Shown: piece after piece, positions 30,428-40,700 of the stretch | How positions within the stretch are numbered: the stretch's first letter is position 1 | Layout: every line of letters starts with the position of its first letter | Source of the DNA: Thermodesulfobacteriota bacterium | GTDB lineage: Bacteria > Desulfobacterota > Desulfobacteria > Desulfobacterales > SURF-7 | Length of the DNA: 64,000 nucleotides | Assembly (NCBI GenBank): GCA_049320885.1 | Contig: JBMORA010000035.1 | Span: 46,369-110,368, forward strand | Reading direction: 5' to 3' | Notes under the pieces: generated by a model | Told to the model about the DNA's origin: nothing | The model's database searches: none | The model's input: the letters and a program-made list of their open reading frames with translations, nothing else | Position numbers and translations under genes: made by a program

Positions 30428-30619
30428 TATCATTGCGTCATTGTGTTCGGTTGGTCGGTTGTCGGTTGGGGACGGACGAATGTAACACCATAACTTCATA
30501 GAAAATGAATGGGAAAATATATCCGTTTTCAGTGCTTAGAACCACCATTGCGGGGTTGAAAAGGGTGGTTTAAGAAAGAGTGGATCAATATAGTTTTGCC
30601 TCCGGCGGGAAAAGCGGGT

Positions 30620-30742
30620 TATCCACAGATGACACAGATTGACACAGATTAAAAACAAAAAAGAAGGGTTCTTTTGCCTCCGGCAGGGAAAAGGATATCA
30701 TTTTTTTCAGTTATCTGTGTAAATCGGTGTAATCGGTGGATA
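30620..30742. repeat. 123-bp intergenic hairpin element (ATCCACAGAT family), copy 1
   Basis: tatccacagatgacacagattgacacagat ... atctgtgtaaatcggtgtaatcggtggata, with central ttttgcctccggcagggaaaa. Confidence 0.88.
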
Positions 30743-30808
30743 TAAAAAAACATGCCTCCTAAAATGTAAAGAAGCAAATGAAGGTACTGCAACGAATAAG
30801 GCGCGCAT

Positions 30809-32680
30809 ATGGCACAAATGATCCCACCCGATGTTGAAACCTTCACGACCGAAGGCGAAAAGCAGTTCTACCGGTTCCTGGAAAATGTCGGCAAGCCGGA
30901 TTCGAATTTTATCGCCTGGTATACGCCGAACATCGATGGGAAGGAGCCGGATTTCGTGCTTTTCGGCAGTACCGTCGGCCTGCTTGTTTTTGAAGTGAAG
31001 GACTGGGGGCTTGAGCAGATCGTCGCGGCTGATAAGCATCAGTTCCGGCTCATTATGGGGGGCGTGACCGAGAACCGGAAAAATCCTTACCGGCAGGCCC
31101 GGGAATATTTCTACCAGCTGATGAACCGCATCGAGCAGGACGGGCGGCTTGTCTCGCAGGAGCCGGGACATCACGGCAAACCCCGCATACCGATCACCTG
31201 CGGCGTCATCTTTCCCAACATCAATAAATACGAGTATTCCCAAAAAGGCCTGGACAACATCATCGGCGCGACCAAGATCCTCTTCTGGGACGATCTGCAC
31301 ACCGCCTCGGATATTTGCACGGATCCGTCCGGCAAATGTTTCCAGGATGCCCTGGAAAACATGTTCGAGCATCGATTCCGTTTTTCCGTCACGGTCAAGG
31401 AACTGGATCACCTGAAACAGCTGATTTTTCCCCTGGTGAAAATCGAATTGCCGGAACGGAAGGGGCAGGACACGTTTCAGCACCATCTGAACCGGCTCAA
31501 ATCGATTGATCACCATCAAGAAGCCCTGGCCCGCAGGTTCGACGGCGGCCACCGGATCATCAGCGGACCTTCGGGCAGCGGGAAAACCCTCATTCTGGTC
31601 CATAAGGCCGCGTTCCTGAAACAATACAATCCCGCGATACATCGCCTATTGTTCGTCTGCTACAACATCACGCTTGTGAATTATATCCGGCGGCTGCTGG
31701 CGGCCAAGGGCGTGCCCCTGGGGAAAAACGGCGTTGATGTTTGTCACATCTTCGAGCTTTGTTCCCTAATCGTCGGTGAATCCGTTCCGTATGAAAACGA
31801 GGATGCCGATTATTACGATCTGGTTGTCCAGGAAGCGCTGGCCAGGGTGGCGACTTGCGGAATCCGCTATGACGCCATCCTGGTGGACGAAGGCCAGGAC
31901 ATGTCCGGCGATATGTACCGGGTCATTACGGCTCTTCTCAATCCGCAGACCAATCACCTGACCATCGTGCATGATGAAAACCAGAACATCTATCGAAAAA
32001 GCCATACGTGGAAAGATGTCGGTGTCCATGCCCGCGGGCGTGTTCACCGGATTTCCTATATTTACCGGAACACCATGGAAATAACGAATTTCGCCGCGCG
32101 GTTTTTGGACGCCTCGCCGGTGGACGGCCAGGGGGGCAACCGCGGGCAACTGGAATTGTTTCCGGATTTTTTTGATTTTCATGGACCCGAGCCCGAGCTG
32201 ATCCCATGCGGCGGGCTGGAACCGCTGCTGAATGTTATCGCCGGCAAGATCGACACATTGAGCCGTCACAACGGCCTGCCGTTCTCGGAGATCGCCGTGC
32301 TGTATTCCATGAAAACTCCCGGACGCCTCAATGGTGTCAACCTGCCCCTGGCGATCCGGGAACGCCTCGAAGGCGCCGGCATCTTGTGCACCTGGACGAC
32401 CGAGAATTACCAGGCCAAACGATCCTATGATATCACGACCGACAGCGTCAGCATCAGCACCATTCACAGCGCCAAGGGATTGGATTATGCCTGTGTCTTT
32501 CTTGTCGGGCTGGATTTTATCGAAACAGAGCGATGGTCCGAGGAGCAGATCCAAAAACTGACCTATGTGGGCATCACCCGGGCGCGCTACCAATTATTCA
32601 TTCCCTTTATCGATGAATGCGAATTGATCCGGAACCTTTTGAAAGCGAAAAAAGATGGAGGTCAATCAAGATATTCTTAA
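30809..32680 (+). CDS. NERD nuclease plus UvrD-like SF1 helicase
   Basis: EPDFV...FEVKDW, GPSGSGKT, DEGQD, YRNT, STIHSAKGLD and YVGITRAR motifs. Confidence 0.88.
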   Translation: MAQMIPPDVETFTTEGEKQFYRFLENVGKPDSNFIAWYTPNIDGKEPDFVLFGSTVGLLVFEVKDWGLEQIVAADKHQFRLIMGGVTENRKNPYRQAREYFYQLMNRIEQDGRLVSQEPGHHGKPRIPITCGVIFPNINKYEYSQKGLDNIIGATKILFWDDLHTASDICTDPSGKCFQDALENMFEHRFRFSVTVKELDHLKQLIFPLVKIELPERKGQDTFQHHLNRLKSIDHHQEALARRFDGGHRIISGPSGSGKTLILVHKAAFLKQYNPAIHRLLFVCYNITLVNYIRRLLAAKGVPLGKNGVDVCHIFELCSLIVGESVPYENEDADYYDLVVQEALARVATCGIRYDAILVDEGQDMSGDMYRVITALLNPQTNHLTIVHDENQNIYRKSHTWKDVGVHARGRVHRISYIYRNTMEITNFAARFLDASPVDGQGGNRGQLELFPDFFDFHGPEPELIPCGGLEPLLNVIAGKIDTLSRHNGLPFSEIAVLYSMKTPGRLNGVNLPLAIRERLEGAGILCTWTTENYQAKRSYDITTDSVSISTIHSAKGLDYACVFLVGLDFIETERWSEEQIQKLTYVGITRARYQLFIPFIDECELIRNLLKAKKDGGQSRYS

Positions 32681-32715
32681 GAAACGGAGTGCGGTTACCG
32701 GTGGCCAGGACGGTT

Positions 32716-32838
32716 TATCCACAGATTACACAGATGGACACAGATGAAAAACGAAAAAAGTTGCATTATTCTGCCTCCGGCAGGAAAAGAATATCATTTT
32801 TTTCAGTTATCTGTGTAAATCGGCGTAATCGGCGGATA
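32716..32838. repeat. 123-bp hairpin element, copy 2
   Basis: Same arms and central ctgcctccggcagg. Confidence 0.88.
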
Positions 32839-32992
32839 GAAAAAAGTATGCCTTATAAAATTATCTGTGACCGTATCTGACACACCAATCTGATATTGAA
32901 TGACGGTATTCGGCATTGGGGCGGTACTGGGCTGAACCGAGATACCAGGCCGATTTTCCCACCCATGATGATCGAAACCGAAAGGGAGGTAA

Positions 32993-33931
32993 ATGTCAGA
33001 TTATATTTTCAAGCATGTCACGGACAAAATCCTTGCGCAACTTGAAAAAGGGAACGTCGTTTGGAAAAAACCATGGACCAGCAACGGGCTGCCGAGGAAC
33101 CTCATTTCCAAACGCCCTTACAGCGGTATCAACTGGCTGCTGTTGGCAATGGCGGGGTTTGCATCACCTTTTTGGGCCACAAAAGAAGCGGTAGGTAAAT
33201 TGGGAGGGAGGGTTCGTCCTGGTGAGTTGCCTGAGTTTGTCTTTTTCTGGAAGATTCAAAATTTGGAACGCCCCGAGGGGGAGGAAGGAGACCAGAGCCA
33301 CCAGTCGCGTATTAGCATTTTTTACAAGGCTTACCAACTCTATAACGTGGAGCAGTGCGAAGGCATCGAGAAAAGGGTTCCCCCCTTTGTGCACCATGAT
33401 TTCGACCCGATCGACAAATGCGAAAAGATTGTGAAAGATATGCCAGCCTGCCCGAAAATCTCCTATGGGGTTCCGGATCCTTACTACACCTCATTGATGG
33501 ACGAGGTGAAAATGCCCTCTCGGAAACTTTTCAGTGATACGGGGGAATTTTACTCGGCACTCTTTCACGAAATCGTGCACAGCACCGGCCACGAGCGCCG
33601 CCTCGGCCGCCACGGGCGGATGCGCGAGAAGTTTGACAGCCATGAGCATAGGTACTCCCACGAGGAACTGGTGGCTGAGATCGGTTCCGGATTTTTGTGC
33701 GCCCATGCGGGAATCGAAAACCACGTGTTAGAGAATTCCGGCGCCTATATCCAACATTGGATAAAACGTTTTGAAAATAGGCAGCGGATGTTTTTTTTCG
33801 CTGCGGCGCAGGCGCAAAGTGCGGTGAATTACATTCTTGGTCTGGGGAAAACAGGTTATCCACAGATTACACAGATGGACACAGATGAAAAACAAGAAGG
33901 CCAGCATATTTTGCCCCCGGCAGGGAAATAA
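32993..33931 (+). CDS. ardC: ArdC-family antirestriction protein (ssDNA-binding plus zincin domains)
   Basis: WKKPW, RPYSGINWLLL, FHEIVHSTGH..RL and YSHEELVAEIGS motifs; GGAGGT RBS. Confidence 0.88.
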   Translation: MSDYIFKHVTDKILAQLEKGNVVWKKPWTSNGLPRNLISKRPYSGINWLLLAMAGFASPFWATKEAVGKLGGRVRPGELPEFVFFWKIQNLERPEGEEGDQSHQSRISIFYKAYQLYNVEQCEGIEKRVPPFVHHDFDPIDKCEKIVKDMPACPKISYGVPDPYYTSLMDEVKMPSRKLFSDTGEFYSALFHEIVHSTGHERRLGRHGRMREKFDSHEHRYSHEELVAEIGSGFLCAHAGIENHVLENSGAYIQHWIKRFENRQRMFFFAAAQAQSAVNYILGLGKTGYPQITQMDTDEKQEGQHILPPAGK

Positions 33932-33980
33932 TTGTTTTATTTTTTTAATTATCTGCGTGAATCGGCGTAATCGGCGGATA
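33857..33980. repeat. 124-bp hairpin element, copy 3, overlapping the ardC 3' end
   Basis: Same arms; translated as YPQITQMDTDEK...PPAGK*. Confidence 0.88.
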
Positions 33981-33990
33981 GAAAAAAAGC

Positions 33991-35637
33991 ATGCGTCATA
34001 GAATCATCTGTGATCGTATCGGATCAACAACGGAAGGCGGACATGGCAGAGCTGAAAAAATGCATGGAACAGCAGCAAGAGGAATCCTGCACCATCCAAT
34101 GCGCCATCAATCTTTCCATGCTGTTCGATTCATCGGTGCAACGAAAACGCTTCAACCAGAAAAAGAACTATCCGAAGAACGACGGGCAGTGAAAGAATTC
34201 ATCACCCGTGATCCCCTGTTGAGCCGCTTCGTGTCCAAGGTATTTCTCTTCGAAGATATTCCTGCCGCAGACCGCAAACCGGATGATATCTATCTGCATG
34301 AGGTCGAGCAGTGCGATATTTACCTTGCGATCCTGGGCAAACAATACGGGTGGAAAGGCGTGGATGGTAAATCCCCGACGGAACTGGAATTTGAACAAGC
34401 CACCCGAACCCATCGGGAGCGCCTCGTCTTTGTGAAAGGAGACGATGACAAATCCCGCGAACCGGAAATGGCAAAACTGGTGAACAAAGCGGGCCGACAG
34501 GTCACGCGGCGGCGTTTTTCCGATACACCCGGCCTGATCCGTGAGGTCTATGCCAGCTTGATAGAATGCCTGGAGGGCAGGGGGGATTTCCGATCAACAC
34601 CCTTTGACGACAGCGTTTGTGACGGGGCGACCCTCCAGGATATCGACACTGCGGAAGTCGACGCTTTTGTCGAAACCGCCGAAGCCGCCGGCCGGTTGAG
34701 CCTCAAAGGCGCGCGCACACCCAAAGCGGTCCTGCAGCATTTCAATCTCCTTCGGGACGGCCGGCCCACCAACGCCGCCATGCTGCTTTTCGGGAAGCGG
34801 CCAGAGGTGTTTTTCAACAACGCCCAAGTGCATTGTTTTCATTTCCTTGGAACGGAAAAACGCAAGCCCATTGCCTCCCAGCAGCCATATTCCGGCAGAT
34901 TGCGGGAAGTCATCGACCAGGCCGTGGAGTTCGTTCTCGGCAAGATCGACCGCAGCGTGGGAACCCGCGCCATGGGAGTGCAAGCGCCGGTCAAGTTCGA
35001 GATTCCCCGCCCGGTCATCACCGAAGCCATTGTCAACGCAGTCGCCCATCGGAACTACCGTCATAATGGCTTCGTCCAGGTAATCGTGTTTGCCGACCGC
35101 ATCGAGGTGTGGAACCCGGGAGAACTCCCGCCAGGATTGACCCCCGCGCTGTTGCGGGAGCCCCATGGCCCCATACCGCGCAACCCCTTGATCGCCGAGC
35201 CGTTGTTCCGGGTGAAATACGTAGAGAAAGCCGGCACCGGCACAACGGATATGATCGCCGATTGCCGGGAAGCGGGACTTCCGGAGCCGGACTTCGGACA
35301 GCGCGGCCCCCATTTTGTGGTTACCATCTGGCGGGACTGGCTGACGGAGGATGTCATTGGTTCATTAGGACTCAACGATCGCCAACAAAGGGTTTTAATT
35401 CACCTCAAGGTCCGTGGACGGATCGGAAACACTGAATACCAGACATTGGTTGGTGTATCCAAACGTACGGCGCATCGAGACCTTATTGAACTTGTGGAGA
35501 AGGGAATTGTAGAAAAGGTTGGTACTACAGGCAAGGGAACCGTATATATCTTGCGAAAAGGGGCCCAAAAGGGGCCAGAGGGGCCAACTGAATCCAAAGA
35601 TGTCAAAGGGGCCACAAAGGGGTCAAAGGGGTCATAA
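33991..35637 (+). CDS. DUF4062 + HATPase_c_4-type ATP-binding + wHTH protein; 5' end uncertain, possibly chimeric
   Basis: FLFED.PA, SPTELEFEQA, EAIVNAVAHRNY, RIEVWNPG and EKAGTG motifs. Confidence 0.75.
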   Translation: MRHRIICDRIGSTTEGGHGRAEKMHGTAARGILHHPMRHQSFHAVRFIGATKTLQPEKELSEERRAVKEFITRDPLLSRFVSKVFLFEDIPAADRKPDDIYLHEVEQCDIYLAILGKQYGWKGVDGKSPTELEFEQATRTHRERLVFVKGDDDKSREPEMAKLVNKAGRQVTRRRFSDTPGLIREVYASLIECLEGRGDFRSTPFDDSVCDGATLQDIDTAEVDAFVETAEAAGRLSLKGARTPKAVLQHFNLLRDGRPTNAAMLLFGKRPEVFFNNAQVHCFHFLGTEKRKPIASQQPYSGRLREVIDQAVEFVLGKIDRSVGTRAMGVQAPVKFEIPRPVITEAIVNAVAHRNYRHNGFVQVIVFADRIEVWNPGELPPGLTPALLREPHGPIPRNPLIAEPLFRVKYVEKAGTGTTDMIADCREAGLPEPDFGQRGPHFVVTIWRDWLTEDVIGSLGLNDRQQRVLIHLKVRGRIGNTEYQTLVGVSKRTAHRDLIELVEKGIVEKVGTTGKGTVYILRKGAQKGPEGPTESKDVKGATKGSKGS

Positions 35638-36193
35638 GTAGGGCAGACCATGGCTTTCATCTCTCATTGAGGCGATTATCGACCCCAGCTTCTCCGGCCG
35701 CCACGAGGATTAGATTCACGATTTTAGAAATAAATATGGACGTTGACAATCGATTCTTTTTTTGTGTCGTACCCAAAGGTGGAGTGAGACCAATGCTAGC
35801 AAGCGTCCTTGACCCATCCTTCGATCACTGGAAAGATATTTGACAACGATATAGAATTATTATAATTTGGTGCATACTATTTCGATGCGCGTTTTGTTTT
35901 GGTTGGTGATCAAAGCGTTCTATTTCGTCTGTTTTTTATAATTCATCGGTGTTCCGAATAAAAATCAACGAATAGATCTGATTTCAGATTATTCCGTCCG
36001 CCTCTCTTTCTCCAGATACCTATTCGAATTAGAACGTTATGCCTGGAGCCGCTTGGGGGGGTGTTCATCGGATTGATGTCAAGTCTCTTGAGAGAGAAAA
36101 AATGATTCGTTCTGATTTGAAAGAATTTTGACACGAAACGAACTGGCCGCAACCATCCGGATTGTTCTCGACCGACAAGCGCGAGGTTAATTC

Positions 36194-37660
36194 ATGGCGA
36201 ACGTACTGATCATCGATGACGACCCCACCATCCAGGCCCTCCTGAGCGCCCATGTGGAAGACAGCGAGAATACACCGTTTGTTGCAGGTTCCTTGCATGA
36301 GGCGCTGCGGATTGCCGCTGCCCATGAATTTGATCTCGTCTTTCTGGATGTGCGCCTTCCCGATGGGAATGGGCTGGAAGCATTGCCCCGGTTTCGTCAG
36401 CTTTCCGGGCAACCCGAAGTCATCATCATAACGGCTGTGGGCGACGCCGCGGGCGCGGAACTGGCCATCCGCTCCGGAGCCTGGAATTACATTCAGAAGC
36501 CGGCGACGCGGCATGAGATCAGCCTGCAGATCACCCGCGCCCTGCAATATCGGGAAAAACATCCCAGAGAGCAGGCCGTCGCCTTGAAGCGGGAAAGCAT
36601 CGTCGGCAGCAGTCCGCAGCTGACAGCGGCATTGGATCTTGTGGCCCAGTCGGCAAGAAGTGAAGCCAATGTCCTGATCACGGGAGAAACCGGCACGGGC
36701 AAGGAGCTTTTTGCCCAGACCATCCATCGCAACAGCTTGCGGGCAGACAAGCCTTTTGTCATCGTCGACTGCACGGCACTGCCCGAAACCTTGATTGAAA
36801 GCCTCCTGTTCGGCCATACCAAAGGCGCCTTTACCAATGCCGACCGGGACAAGTCCGGTTTGATCGAGCGCGCTGACAAGGGAACACTTTTTTTGGATGA
36901 GATCGGCGAATTGCCGTTGACGACCCAAAAGGCTTTCTTGCGGGTGTTGCAGGAGCGGACCTTCATGCCGGTGGGTGGCAGTCGGGAGATGAAAAGTGAT
37001 TTTCGATTGATTGCGGCGACCAACCGGGATCTGTCCAACATGGTTACAGCGAACACGTTTCGAAAAGATCTGTTGTTTCGGATCAAAACATTTCACGTCG
37101 AATTGCCGCCGCTGCGGGAGCGGAGGAACGATATCAAGGAAATCGCGCAGCATTTCGTGACCGCCATTTGTGAACGCCATCGCTTACAGGTGAAAGGATT
37201 TACATCCGATTTCATGGGCGTACTGGAGTCATACAATTGGCCTGGAAATGTGCGGGAACTGTATCATACCCTGGAAAAGGCCATCCTGACCGACCCGGGC
37301 AACCCGACGCTTTTCCCGGCCCACCTGCCCCAGGAAGTGCGGATTCACCATGCCCAAAAAGAGATGCAAATGAAGCGTGGTGACCTGCAGACCGGAGATC
37401 GGGCCGGGGAGCATGCGCCGTCCCCCGATTCGCGTTCAGGCGCGGTACCGGCCGAAAAAGAACCGCTGTTTGGCGAAGTGATACCGCCCTTGCGGGAATA
37501 TCGGCAGGAGGTCATCCAGGATGCGGAACGGCGATATATGGCGCATCTTTTGCGAAGAGTCGGCCAGGATATTAAAACGGCCATCGAGGTCGCCGGTGTC
37601 GGCCAAGCCCGTTTTTACGCCCTGTTGAAAAAGTACCGCCTTTCCCGCAAAAACAACTGA
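36194..37660 (+). CDS. NtrC-family sigma54 response regulator
   Basis: REC domain, [14 protein letters not shown] and WPGNVREL. Confidence 0.92.
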   Translation: MANVLIIDDDPTIQALLSAHVEDSENTPFVAGSLHEALRIAAAHEFDLVFLDVRLPDGNGLEALPRFRQLSGQPEVIIITAVGDAAGAELAIRSGAWNYIQKPATRHEISLQITRALQYREKHPREQAVALKRESIVGSSPQLTAALDLVAQSARSEANVLITGETGTGKELFAQTIHRNSLRADKPFVIVDCTALPETLIESLLFGHTKGAFTNADRDKSGLIERADKGTLFLDEIGELPLTTQKAFLRVLQERTFMPVGGSREMKSDFRLIAATNRDLSNMVTANTFRKDLLFRIKTFHVELPPLRERRNDIKEIAQHFVTAICERHRLQVKGFTSDFMGVLESYNWPGNVRELYHTLEKAILTDPGNPTLFPAHLPQEVRIHHAQKEMQMKRGDLQTGDRAGEHAPSPDSRSGAVPAEKEPLFGEVIPPLREYRQEVIQDAERRYMAHLLRRVGQDIKTAIEVAGVGQARFYALLKKYRLSRKNN

Positions 37661-37717
37661 ATCGACATTTCCATTGAATCGGTTCAATGGAAACATACGC
37701 GATAAAGGAATACAAGC

Positions 37718-40700
37718 ATGCGTAGATTTTTTCAGTTCGCCCTGCCGGCGCTCATGAGCGTTGTGTTGTTCGGTGCCACGGTATTCATTTTCATTCTGCC
37801 AAGAATGGAAGAGGCCATCATGGCCAAAAAGCGAGAAACCGTCCGGGAACTGGTCCGGACGGTGGTGGACCTTCTGAAAACCTATCAGGCGAATGTGGAA
37901 AGCGGAGGTATTGACCTTGGCGAGGCCCAGCAACGAGCATTGGCCCGCATCCAGTGCCTCCGGTACGGACCGGAGATGAAAGATTATTTTTGGATCAATG
38001 ATTTGACCCCGCGGATGCTGGTGCATCCCTACCGGTCAGACCTGAACAGGCAGGATCTGCGGAATGTAACGGATCCAAATGGGAAAAAACTGTTTGTCGC
38101 AATGGTCCAACAAGCCACCGCGCAGGGCGGTGGGTTTGTCGAATACCTGTGGCAACACCATGACAACCCCAACAAAATCGTCCCCAAAGTTTCCTATGTG
38201 GCGTTATTCAAACCCTGGGGATGGATCATTGGCTCCGGACTCTATTATGACGATGTCCGTCAAGAAATCGCCAAAATTACAAGGAATCTCGTCCTGGTAG
38301 GCATTGGCGTTCTGATGTTGGGCTCGCTTCTCAGTGCCTATCTTGCCTTCCGCGGCATGAGCGTCATGAAGGAGAATCAACGGATGATGGCCTCGCTGCG
38401 TCACAGTGAGGCAAAATTCCGGGGCATCAGTTCCAGTGCCCACGATGGGATCATCATGATCGATTCCAACGGATTGGTGAATTTCTGGAATCCGGCGGCG
38501 GAAAAAATATTCGGTTATCGTGAAGACGAAATTATGGGGCGTGATTTGCATAAGCTGCTGGCGTCAGGGAACCAATACCAGAAATATGCCAGTGTGATCA
38601 AAAGGTTTCGCGCCGACGGAACCGGCGATGCCATCGGCAAAACCATCGAGCTGTTGGCCCTGCACAAAGAGGGTAAGGAAATCCCCATAGAACTGAGTGT
38701 GTCTGCGCTTTCTTTCGAGAATAAATGGCATGCGGTGGGGGTGGTCCGGGATATCTCCGAAAAGAAAAAAGCTGCGGCCAGTCTGCAGGAAAGTGAGACC
38801 AAATATCGTTCCCTTTTCGAGTCGACCCATGACATCATCTTTTTAATCAAAGGGGATCGGATCGTCGACTGCAATGCCCGGGCAATGGAATTCTTCCAAA
38901 TCGAAAAGGAAAAGATCCTCGGCAGGACACCGATGGAATTGTCGCCGCCGTATCAGGCAGATGGGGAGCTGACAGCTGCGGTGGGCCGGCGTTATTTCGA
39001 CCTGGTAATGCAGGGAGAGCCCCAGCATTTCGAATGGACCCATCGGCGCAATGATGGGGAACTCGTTGACACGGACGTGGTATTGAAAAAAATTACCATG
39101 CTGGGTGAAGACTTGCTGTTAGGCGTCAGCCGGGATATTACGGATCGCAAAAAAATGGCGCTGGAGCGCGAAAGGACGGCATCCCTCTTGGTGGCGGCCA
39201 TTGAACAGGCCCAGGCGGGCGTTATCATTGTCGACGCATCTGATGGCAGGTTGCTGCACGTAAACAAGGCGGCGCTGCAAATGCTGGGAGAGACACCAGA
39301 GCTGCTGAATCCGGATCGCAAGCGGCTGGCCCGTGCCTCCTGGCGGATCCTGGATACGAATGGTCATATGGTGGATATTGAAAACCAGCCCCTGCGGCTG
39401 GCGTATTCCAAGGGCGTGGTGACCGCCAACCAGACCTATCTCATCGAGCGATCGGATAAAACGAGGATTTGGATCGAAGTCAACGCTTCGCCGGTACGCG
39501 ACAAGAGCGGCCATATCATCTATGGTGTCGTTTTTTTCACCGACATCAGCGAGCGCATCCAGACGGAGGTGGCGCTTCGCCGTCTCAACCAATTTCAGGA
39601 AAGCATCATCGAGAACGCCAACGTCTGGATGACGGTGCATGACCCGGGCGGGAATGCCATCCTCTGGAACAAGGCTGCCGAAACGATCAGCGGTTATGAG
39701 CGCACCAGTGTGATCGGCGGCAGTGACATCTGGACGCGGCTGTATCCCGCTGAAACGGAGCGAAACCGCGTACTGAAAATCATAACGGAAGTCATTCGAT
39801 CGGGGTGCGCCGTCAGCGGAGATGAAACCGACATCCGTTGTCATGATGGCAGAATAAAAACGATTTCATGGCATATCAGACGGTTGGGAGATGAAGGCAG
39901 CAGCCAGCCGGAAGCCTTGTGTCTGGGATATGATGTCACCGAAACCAAGCACCTTCAGAACCAGCTCGTCCAGACCCAGAAATTGGAGGCGGTGGGGACA
40001 TTGGCAGCGGGCATTGCCCACGACTTTAACAATATCCTCTGGGGAATCCTCGGGTTCAGCGAATTGGCGTTGGGACAAATCAAGACGAATCCGGAAAAAG
40101 CCCTCAACAGCGTCCGGCAGGTCCTTGAAGCCGGCAACCGCGCCAAATACATGGTGCAGCAGATCCTTCAGTTCAGCCGTCAGTCGGAAATCGCCATTGG
40201 GCCGCTTGACGTGACAAGTATCCTGAAAGAGGTTACCAAACTGTTGAAAGCCACGGTCCCGGCCAATTATGAAATCCGGTTGGCGTTGTCCAACAATGTG
40301 GGCTGGGTGCACGCGGATCCCACCCAGCTCCACCAGGTGATCATGAACCTTGCCACCAACGCCTATCATGCCATGCAGCCCTTTGACAAAGGGGTGTTGT
40401 CTTTCTCGCTGGATATGCTGGAAACGGATTTCCCCATCAATTGTCAGGACCAGAACCTGCCGGCAGGGAAGTATGTTCGTCTTCAGATTGCAGACACCGG
40501 GACAGGCATCGACCCGGAAAACTTCGATAAAATATTCGACCCGTATTTCACGACGAAAAAACAAAGTGAAGGCACAGGTCTGGGGCTGGCCGTGTCCTAT
40601 GGCATCATCAAAGCCCACCATGGCGGCATCCAGGTGGACAGCCGCAAAGGGGAAGGCACCTGCTTTTCGATTTACCTGCCCGCCCGGCGCGATGCGGCCG

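Noticed and set aside
30620..33980. CRISPR array or integron attC sites
   Set aside because: The repeats are about 123-bp hairpins separated by whole genes; there is no repeat-spacer periodicity, no cas or intI gene, and no attC core boxes.
34043..34192. Programmed frameshift or 20-nt insertion joining SSVQ to KELSEERRA of the DUF4062 protein
   Set aside because: The upstream peptide does not otherwise resemble DUF4062; a chimeric junction explains it equally well and cannot be resolved without homologs.
40456..40468. CCTGCCGGCAGG in the sensor kinase as another palindrome insertion
   Set aside because: Only the 12-nt core is present, and it encodes LPAGKY, a normal HATPase-region segment; no sign of an insertion.
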